Part shown: positions 24,291 through 32,944 of the stretch, in pieces
How the letters are laid out: every line of letters starts with the position of its first letter
Position numbering within the stretch: position 1 is the stretch's first letter
Origin: Catajapyx aquilonaris
Lineage: Eukaryota
NCBI GenBank assembly: GCA_000934665.2
Contig: JYFJ02004326.1
Span: 1 to 32,944 of the forward strand
DNA: 32,944 nt
Direction: 5' to 3'
The notes under the pieces: generated by a model
Databases searched by the model: none
Told to the model about the DNA's origin: nothing
The model's input: only the letters and a program-made list of their open reading frames with translations
Program-made: the position numbers and the translations under genes

Positions 24291-25264
24291 GGGTAAACTG
24301 CATAGTGATGGCCAGTTTAGCGTATTGGTCAGAGTAATATATGAATACCCTCAGAATTTCTTTCCGCATAAATTTTCTAAAATGTTTATCTAATAACAGA
24401 GGATTTGGGGGAGACGGAGTGGCGCCGCGGTAACTCGCGCGCCCACGGAAGTTAAGGTCCCGGGTTCAATCCACCCGGGGTTCCCACCTTCTTTCGTGCA
24501 GAGTTGGGCCATTTCTGGCTTCGTTTCGGGTGGCAATTTCCGACAGACTAAGCCACCCGGGGGAGTTCACAAAATGACGATTAGAGACATTGCACTTGCA
24601 CTTTGCACTTTGCACATCCCCTCCCACCCACCCTTGGAGTACACTAATTAAGATCTTCTTAAACTCGCTCCAAACAAATCCCAACGGTGGTAACCCACCC
24701 CCCCTAAGGAGTAGTATAACTCCCCCCGTGGGGTAATGAAAAAATAAAATAAATAAAATAACAGAGGATTTGTTCACATTCCATCAAATTCATTTAAATC
24801 TGTCAGCATGTGTGCGTATATTTAAATGCACAAAATATACTGCCTAAAAGACAGTAATGGCAACCCCTACAAATGATAATGGCCAGGTGCCAAGATAGTG
24901 ATGGTCATGGCAGCAAAACAATAGGATATCTACAGTAAGAACCTAAGGACAGTAGGGACCATTGGTATTAGGACCGTAGGCGTAACTGACACGAGATAAA
25001 TCCACACAACAGCATGCAGGTTGTAGAAACTGGCCGTCCCTGTATGGTTTATCCTACATGAGCAGCAAGTCTGTTTGTGAGGTGCCATTACTGCTCTTGC
25101 AATGACCTCAGTGGACTGATTTTCGTCCTAGTTCAAGCCAAGGGTTCCAGGTGTCACAACATGGTCACTTTTTCATGGTATGACATTTACACTGCTTATT
25201 TCTTAAAGAACCAAGACGCAGTGGGCCATCACTGTAGGGTGGGCCATCATTGTAACGTTTACCC
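24291..25264. mobile_element. Old TA-flanked MITE (pogo-like), hosting SINE-3
   Basis: TA-GGGTAAAC...AGTGATGGCC and GGCCATCATTGTAACGTTTACCC-TA. The RTGATGGCC motif recurs subterminally at both ends. Confidence 0.6.
24408..24756 (+). mobile_element. tRNA-derived SINE of a different family (SINE-3), full length
   Basis: A box GTGGCGCCGCGG, B-like box GGTTCAATCC, A-rich tail and 16-bp TSD AATAACAGAGGATTTG (24392-24407, 24757-24772). Confidence 0.9.
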
Positions 25265-27722
25265 TACCAGTCAGATAACAAGGGCTAATCTTATGTTGGA
25301 CTGACGTGACCCCTACTGATTTTACTTGAAATATTTTCCCAGACCCATCTTCCCTTTCTCATTGTTATTCTATGAGTTGAACTTTGTTGTCACTATGGTT
25401 GTAAATAAAAGAATATTGCGATACAGTATTTGCTGGAATGTACTGGCACAAATACAACATCCTTGTACAAGTAGGTGTAAGGGCCTCTGTAGCCTTAGAG
25501 CCTAATATTCTCTTCTCCATTACTCAGATTTAGAGTAAAGCATAGTTATTGGTCATTTAAGTGACATGAATTGGAAATCAGTTTTATAACCATTGAAAAA
25601 TCAACAGGACCTTCTTGATTGCTACATGGTAAAAAAGGTTCATCTTACTTGTAATTCAAAAGAACTTCTCGCACTATGGCAGAACTTGCTCCACTTCTTG
25701 ATATATTTACATGTATGCTGATGGGTGCTTCTTTGCTCATTTGGAAATGGTGGAAAAAGAAAAAAAAAATCTGTTGTGATGTGATTGACATGAAGGGTAC
25801 AAAAAAGGGACTGAAATGTCCACATATCAGCCACTCTGAATGACAAAACCTGTTTAAGTCAAACCTGAAAAACAACGTTTTCACTACGGACCAAACTTTG
25901 AGGTCACAAAACACGTGCAGTTCAGAGAGCATCCTCTTCGAGAATTTTAAACGTTCTTTCAACAGTTAGATAACTTGCAAACCTCCCCTGTCAGCCATAC
26001 TGTATTTACTTGATCACACCCCTAGTATTAACCCTGGAACCATGATGTGGGGTCTGTTAGGACCCAAAGGCATTAAAATGCATTAAAATGATAATTACAA
26101 TGAACTGTTGCCATTTAAAAAAGTATATAACAGGAGGTGCATGTATATTTTGAATTAGTGATAATTTTAGGCATTGTTCAAAGAATGATTGCATTGAAAA
26201 GTATAATATAAAAATTAATAAAAATAAAAATATGGATGAGGTCCTAAAAGACCCCGCGTCATGGTTGCTGTAACTTTCAGGCACGTCACGGTTCCAGGGT
26301 TAAGCAGTCAAATGATGTTTTGCTGCCTAAATGTGTCTCCCTGAAAACAGAAAAGTGACAGCTTGAACATACCAGAACAGAGGGCCATTCTAGAAAATAT
26401 CCATCGAGGTGATCAGGAAACAGAAAAGTTAAAAAATTAAAAACTTCTTGAGGAGCAGTGCATTTTGTCACCAAAATGAGAAAGAGAAAAAAGCATGGAA
26501 TCAGTAGCGGTAGCCAGCCCTTTCTATAAGGTTGGATCCATCATCAGATGGCTGGCACATACTGCCCTGCCTGATGTGATCTGAGAGGCTCCACATTTTT
26601 GCCCTAATTCTTTCCATGTGTTTTACTGGTGTCTACACATCAATACAAAGCAACTCTCTCTGGTTGCACCCAACCTTCTCACAGGATTTTTCCTGCATCC
26701 CCTCAGCTTTTCTTTCCTCGCTTACCTGCCAAGTGTGTGATGAAGCAACCAGAAGTCATCCTGATAACCACCAACCAACTAACCAGCTGGTTGACAATCC
26801 TTACTGGCATTTCTCAAGATTGAAATTAGTCACATCTGGAGAAAGACTCTTAACGATTCGACTCCAAGATAGAATCATTTGTTTGGGCATTAGCATTCCC
26901 CAAAGCATTCTGTTCCAAGCATGCATCATTGCCTGTTGGAGCAAAGTAATGCAGCAATGCACTGCAAAGCAATTTTTTTTCACAGTGATAGAGAAGTGCA
27001 TTCTTTCAAATATTTGCTGAGCAGTAGGAAGATAATGGACAGCTTAGCACATGGGACTTCACGCATGTTAAATGTGTTTGGCAGCCACAGCATCAGCTAA
27101 GGGTTTGAAATATGTAGTGCAAAAACATAATAGCTACAGTCAATATTAGTGCCTTGTCATCCAGTATTCGAAACTGACTGAGACGCATGAGGTCTAAGGT
27201 GGCCATACGTCCTGAATTTAAGATTGGTGTCCTGCTGTCGAAGAAATGATTGGCGGGACGCACGAATGTCCCGCTTTGAGCCTATAGACCCCTTTAACGC
27301 ACCCGAAAATCAGTGCACACTTATTCCGAAATTCCGAATCTGAACCTGTCCGAAGATAGGAAAATCGAGATCGATTTAATTAAAAACTTAAATCGATTTT
27401 GCAGATAGCAAAAATCGTAATATTCGAATCTGTCCCTCGAATAATCGGTTTTCTGCGAAAAATAGCAGACAAGTTTTACCGGATTCAACTGTATAGTGGA
27501 AGCGGTACAACAGGAAAAACGGTCATATGCTGCAAAATCTTGCAGAAAGCAAGCCACTTTGTACAGACGTTCCATAGACCAAGACGATCAATTTGACCCG
27601 CAGCACCCTGTCCCCTGACCTTGTGGGGTCAAATGGCGGCCATTTTTGAAAAAAAATGTCATTTATTTTTTGTAAATTCCAAATTGCCTCTCCATGGCAA
27701 TGTTGGTGTCATTTCCGCATAT

Positions 27723-28330
27723 TTCGAGGTCGACAAGTCGATTGGTAACATGAAGCAGGTCATAAGGTCACTAGTTTGTGACCTATGACCTCCGTCTTGA
27801 AATTACCCTACTGGGCTATGTCGAATGGTATTTGCGACTAAAAGGTGGCATGTGAGGTATCGTTTAGATATAATTTGATGTCACTGAAACCGAAAACGAC
27901 AATAAAAATTCGGAATCATGCATCCGGTGACCTGTGGGGCGCCATATTGGGTTTCAACTTAAACCCTTTGGTGGGGATATCCACCCGTAAGCGAATAGTA
28001 GACGTGTTTGGTATCCTTGTAGCATAATTCGAGGTCGCTAAGACGATGGGTCATATTCAGAAGGTCCGAAGGTCACTAGTTTGTGACCTATGGCCGCCAC
28101 TTTGAAATTATCCTACCTGAAAATGTCTAAAGGTATTTGCATATGATGTGTGGCTTGTGAGGTGTCGATTGCATATAATTTGCTGTCACTGAAACAAAAA
28201 ATGACACCAAAAATCTCGAATCATGCTTTCTGAGACCAGACAAGCACCATATTGGATTTCAACTGAAGCCCTTAGGTGGGGATATGCACCTGTAAGAGAA
28301 TAGTACACGTTCTTGGTGTCCTTACCACAT
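27723..28330 (+). repeat. Diverged 305-bp tandem dimer in the Academ arm (mirrored at ~30145-30753)
   Basis: TTCGAGGTCG at 27723 and 28028. AAGGTCACTAGTTTGTGACCTATG, GATATAATTTG/CATATAATTTG and GGTGGGGATAT occur in both units. Confidence 0.85.
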
Positions 28331-28554
28331 TCCTTGCGATCGCTGCAGCCAGAAATGATACGTACCGTTACTTTTTACGTGATGTCAAGTTTATTGATTT
28401 TAGGCTAGATAAACTTAATCTTTCTTTTCTTTTCCTTGGTGAAATTGGTGTTCTGGTCTCCACCGCTTAGAGCTAATTTTCTTCAACTCCTGAATATCTT
28501 GTACTGAAAAAATAATTGCTGTTATATTAGAATCTGAGAAGTCGCACAAAAATT

Positions 28555-28803
28555 GAGTGGGTCAGAATAATAACGGCATATCCCAATCACAAATGTTTTT
28601 GAGATATCCGAGGTTTAAATGTGTGCAGAATAATACTTTTTAATGTAGTCATATCAATGTAAATGTGAATTTACTAGAAAGGTATGGCTCCAAGCTGGCT
28701 CCAACTTATGGAACTGATTCATTGATGTATCTTGCAATCACAGCCACCAAAAACTCAAATTCGACCCTTGGGTGGGATATGCCGTTATTATTCTGACCCA
28801 CTC
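28555..28803. mobile_element. 249-bp Sola-like MITE in the left Academ arm
   Basis: Perfect 31-bp TIR GAGTGGGTCAGAATAATAACGGCATATCCCA and TSD AATT. Absent from the right arm. Confidence 0.9.
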
Positions 28804-28844
28804 AATTGCATGATATGCACTAAGATTTGACTTGCCTCTTGGTG

Positions 28845-29697
28845 CTGCATTCCTTTGCATTTCTTACAATTGAGAGTGTACGGCATTATGGCAATGACTC
28901 CCTCGTGCAAATGCAGCGCATTGTGTCGCATTTTGAGGCGCATCCACACCTATCGAGGGCTCGACAAACTGGCCAGATCTCGTCGTCCTTATCGGACCAC
29001 ACAGGCGTCCATGTAGCTCCAGTACGTATCCAACCCCAGTGCTCCGGTGACGGTGGACCTGCTGCGTCAAGACTGTCTGCCCTGCCCCAAATATGACCGG
29101 CTTGGTATGCAGCTCTCAATATACAGGGTGTCTCAACTTTTTTGTCCGAACAGTTATCGGAAGAGCTTATGTATCTTCTAGCTATGTAGCCAGAATATGC
29201 CCCAACATTATTCCTGGCACATCCCTCAACTGATGAAGCCAGGGAGGCATCACTGGTTGCAAGTCACTGGTAAAAAAAATTAGCAGCTTAGTGCAATATT
29301 TCCGATAATTGTTCGGACAAAAAAGTTGAGACCCTGATGTTGCTTCAGAGCAGCTGCAGTGGGAAGGGTCACTGGCTTGTTTTCGGTGGCGAAGAGATGT
29401 TTGCGTGCCGCATTCACATCCGAAACGCCAGTGTCTATGATGCCATACATGTGCACTGTATATCTCACGAAAGCATCGATTACAGCTTGATTCGGAGCAG
29501 ATCCTGGTAACGATATTGACACAAATGCATCAGTGGTCTTATCATCCATCCACGCGTTCCACCATGCAGACTACTTCACTCTGGAGCTGAAGAAAGATGT
29601 TGTATCGCAGCCACTAAACACGTGGAAGCACGGAGAGCATCACATTTCCTGTGTCCCAGCATCGTAGCAATCGAGTGGACGGCTATGTACCGCTTTT
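28845..29697 (-). pseudogene. C-terminal remnant of the Academ protein: XPG/FEN1-like region and Cys-rich zinc finger
   Basis: Across frameshifts: KRYIAVHSIATMLG..KCDAL..FHVFSGCDTTSS, AW, VNAARKHLF, LPTAAALKQH/ILRAAYQAGHIW, PSPEHWGW..WTPVW, C..L.RCGCASKC..RCIC....C..C. Confidence 0.8.
29124..29336. mobile_element. 213-bp Tc1/mariner-type MITE interrupting the Academ ORF
   Basis: TA-CAGGGTGTCTCAACTTTTTTGTCCGAAC ... GTTCGGACAAAAAAGTTGAGACCCTG. Removing it restores in-frame LKQHILRAAYQ. Confidence 0.88.
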
Positions 29698-31882
29698 GTT
29701 GGATACGTACTGGAGCTACATGGACGCCTGTGTGGTCCGATAAGGACGAGATCTGGCCACTTTGTTGAGCCCTCGATAGGTGCGGATGCGCCTCAAAATG
29801 CGACACAATGCGCTGCATTTGCATGAGGGAGTCATTGCCATAATGCCATACACTCTCAATTGTAAGAAATGCAAAGGAGAATGCAGCAACAAGAGGCAAA
29901 TCAAATCTTAGTGCACATCATGCACTTTTTGTGCGACTTCTCAGATTCTAATATAATAGCAGTTATTTTTTCAGTACAAGATATTCCGGGGTAGAAGAAA
30001 ATTAGCTCTAAGCGGTGGCGACCAGAACACCAAATTCACCAAGGAAAAGAAAAGAAATATTGTTTACCTAACCTAAAATCAATAAAATTGACATCATGTA
30101 AAAAGTACCGGTACGTATCATTTCTGGCTGCAGCGATCGCAAGGAATGTGGTAAGGACACCAAGAACGTGTACTATTCTCTTACAGGTGCATATCCCCAC
30201 CTAAGGGCTTCAGTTGAAATCCAATATGGTGCTTGTCTGGTCTCAGAAAGCATGATTCGAGATTTTTGGTGTCATTTTTTGTTTCAGTGGCAGCAAGTCA
30301 TATGTAATCGACACCTCACAAGCCACACATCATATGCAAATACCTTTAGACATTTTCAGGTATGATAATTTCAAAGTGGCGGCCATAGGTCACAAACTAG
30401 TGACCTTCGGACCTTCTGAATATGACCCATCGTCTTAGCGACCTCGAATTATGCTACAAGGATACCAAACACGTCTACTATTCGCTTACGGGTGGATATC
30501 CCCACCAAAGGGTTTAAGTTGAAACCCAATATGGCGCCCCACAGGTCACCGGATGCATGATTCCGAATTTTTATTGTCGTTTTCGGTTTCAGTGACATCA
30601 AATTATATCTAAACGATACCTCACATGCCACCTTTTAGTCGCAAATACCATTCGACATAGCCCAGTAGGGTAATTTCAAGACGGAGGTCATAGGTCACAA
30701 ACTAGTGACCTTATGACCTGCTGCATGTTACCAATCGACTTGTCGACCTCGAAATATGCGGAAATGACACCAACATTGCCATGGAGAGGCAATTTGGAAT
30801 TTACAAAAAATAAATGACATTTTTTTCAAAAATGGCCGCCATTTGATCCCACAAGGTCAGGGGACAGGGTGCTGCGGGTCAAATTGATCGTCTTGGTCTA
30901 TATAACGTCTGTGCAAAGTGGCTTGCTTTCTGCAAGATTTTGCAGCATATTTTTGTGTACCGCTTCGACTAGTATACTTGTATATTGGCACCGCTGGACA
31001 TATGAAGGGGCCGACCGTTCTACTTGTTTATATCCGATGTGCTTACACTGTACTTTGTCAGTTACATTCACCTAATCTTGTGTGACCTTTAACCCCCCAA
31101 AAAATTCGCCTGCGGAGGGTTCTTTTGCTCTTTACTTATTTGCCGTATACAACCCTTTGAACATGACTTTTGTGCCGTTCTACAAATTCCTTTTAATTAG
31201 CTGTGTTATTGGTAGGCTACTTCGAATGTCAATTTTTGACTTTGGTTAACCATTTTGAACCGATATGACTATCTTGCATTCTTGCTTCTTGCCTAATGAA
31301 TCAAGAGCATATTATTTTGGTGGTTAAGGTAGCTGGTCAAAATCTCTTACGTAACCATGGTTACTTAAGAGATATGTGGTTCAGTGTGCATACTGAATCA
31401 CATAAATATTTTTTGCGATAATACATTTAATAATTTGGATTTTAATACCAAATGGTAAGCAAAGTCAGTGACAGAAATTTAAATGCCTGAAATTGGAGAT
31501 TATGAAATCAGTCGCACTTTGGCTCGCGAAAAATATGGCCACTTTAATGAGGTCGCCAATGGCATCTGAAACATAGGTTAAGGCCGCCAAAACTTGATGT
31601 TTAGTCGCAATTTTTTTTTGGTATTACTGTTCCATAGCAGTGATAGCACAAACTGAATTGTATAGGTTACAGCATCAACATTAATATGTTTCACATTATT
31701 TTGAAGACGCCAGTTGCCAAAGGGCCCAACTCCCAACTTTTCAAAAAACCGTTTTATTGTGCCAATATGGCCCATAAAATATCCGCTGGGCCGAATGTAG
31801 CAGCTTACTTAACAGCGATTAATAACCGTTATTTCAAGTTGCAATAACGGTTAACAGCATATTACACATCCTACACATCAAC

Positions 31883-32146
31883 CGCTTCTTCGCTCGTCAC
31901 GGTTGAAATGGGGGAGTCCCTGAACGGAAAACCCGCAGAACTTTCGAAAATATTACCGAATGGCGTCAGAAAGTCGAAATAGGCACTAATAGACCATTTA
32001 GGTTCCAACGTCTGAAGCAGGTATTTTTAGGTTCTATAAAACTGCCATTTTTGAAGTCCTTGTGTTAAGAAACAGATAGATATTTTGGTTCCGGCGTTCT
32101 GCCTACAAAATAAAAAGTAGGTAAAAACCTTGAAATCCGTTCTCTA
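31883..32146 (-). mobile_element. Partial inverted relative of the 23044 element
   Basis: Reverse complement aligns with 23044-23310 (GGTTTTTACCTACTTTTTATTTTGTAG, CCGGAACCAAAATATCTATC, GCGAAGAAGC). Terminus TAGAGAACGGATTTC. Confidence 0.85.
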
Positions 32147-32944
32147 CTCATGTGGAAGGCAATGGCCAGGTTAACCCATTCCAATATTTCCTGCCCACAG
32201 CAGTGCATTTATAATGAGAAAATTATCACCCCAAAAGTCCACCCAAACCAGTGGGCATGATGTCATGGCCAAGTCCACCCCAACCAGTGGGGTGGACTTG
32301 GCCTTGACATCATAATTTTGGCTACGTAGTATTGTGCACGGGAAAAAAATAATTAATACTCGCCCTATTGTCCAACACCCAATTAAAAAATTTCAGTTGT
32401 GGATCTTCATACTCAAATCTTCGTAAAACAGAAATTTTGGACCAAGTTCACCCCGTTTGAAGGTACAGTATGTCAGCCGGAAATAAATTGAAAATGCTGA
32501 ATGTGGCAGGAATCCGAGTAGGCCTAATAATAATTGACAGAAATACAACATTGGGAGGTAAAGCTAGTCGCCAAAAGTGGCGACTAGACTTCTTGATTTG
32601 GTCGCCAATGGATAACTGCAAGTCGCACAATGCGACCGGCAACTGGCTAATTTCGAACCCTGTTGCCATCTGAATCATCAAGTCCAGCATGCTTCCTCAC
32701 TACCAGGTAACACAAGGCCCACGGAAGTAAAAGCCCCAAGTTTATTCTTATGCCTAAGCATGGTTATTGAAGACTCAGGTTAGGTCACTCCCCACCCACC
32801 CCCTGCCGAAGGATTACGCACCGGGTGCCCACTTGAGATCGCTACGAGACATTTCCCAAGGCTATCATGTGGCGACCCTACCGGACTAAGGCTGAACTTT
32901 ACAGGTACGAAGGGGAGGGCTGCATGCTGGCCCAACATGGCCGC

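Larger units (their letters stand above)
27494..30971 (-). mobile_element. Academ (AcademX-type) DNA transposon derivative with ~1.3-kb inverted arms
   Basis: Ends TAGTGGAAGCGGTACA ... TGTACCGCTTCGACTA with a 3-bp TSD GTA. Arms are 27494-29034 and 29698-30971. Internal coding remnant for an XPG-like domain and a Cys-rich finger. Confidence 0.85.
27195..31546. mobile_element. Second hAT-type (Blackjack/Tip100-like) non-autonomous element, ~870 bp without its insert
   Basis: TAAGGTGGCCATA ... TATGGCCACTTTA with a perfect 8-bp TSD ATGAGGTC (27187-27194, 31547-31554). Confidence 0.8.
27162..32662. mobile_element. Outer hAT-type non-autonomous element (oldest layer of the nest)
   Basis: CAGTATTCGAAA ... 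TTTCGAACCCTG. 8-bp TSD TTGTCATC / TTGCCATC (1 mismatch). GTCGCCA subterminal motifs near both reconstructed ends. Confidence 0.65.

Noticed and set aside
25400..27150. Cluster of 60-134 aa ORFs, possibly an old transposase
   Set aside because: No motif I can recognise in any frame and no termini found; BLASTX would be needed.
27845..30631. Identical 60-aa ORFs at 27845-28027 (+) and 30449-30631 (-)
   Set aside because: Mirror images within the inverted arms, with a GTG start and no recognisable domain.
27494..30971. The long inverted repeat as an assembly or chimeric-read artefact
   Set aside because: The arms differ by substitutions, indels and a one-sided MITE, and the unit has proper termini, a TSD and a host element that continues on both sides.
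32700..32944. GC-richer terminal segment, possibly a SINE or LTR
   Set aside because: Cut by the window edge with no diagnostic box, TIR or TSD visible.

Overview
Eukaryotic, most likely arthropod, genomic DNA, judged from short GT-AG introns, tRNA-derived SINEs and many MITEs. There are no prokaryotic genes, CRISPR arrays or true RNA genes. Two intact tandem paralogous genes on the minus strand, each with 8 coding exons (5594-9141, 518 aa; 14182-16609, 514 aa), encode SLC46/PCFT-like MFS transporters. A duplicated upstream block (94-2354 vs 9379-12986) predicts a third paralog just left of the window. The rest is transposon debris that can be resolved to the base using target-site duplications (TSDs). 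It includes a decayed Ty3/gypsy pol with its protease downstream of RT-RNase H, three SINEs that mix head and tail modules, and Sola-, hAT- and Tc1-type MITEs. The most unusual structure is a four-level nest at 27162-32662. Its core is a 3.5 kb Academ-type element made of two inverted 3' halves: ~1.3 kb arms that include the Cys-rich finger coding sequence, TAG..CTA ends and a GTA TSD. Superfamily names come from termini, TSD length and motif recognition by eye, not from database searches, and identity levels are visual estimates. I found no convincing new multi-gene system; the novelty is in element architecture.
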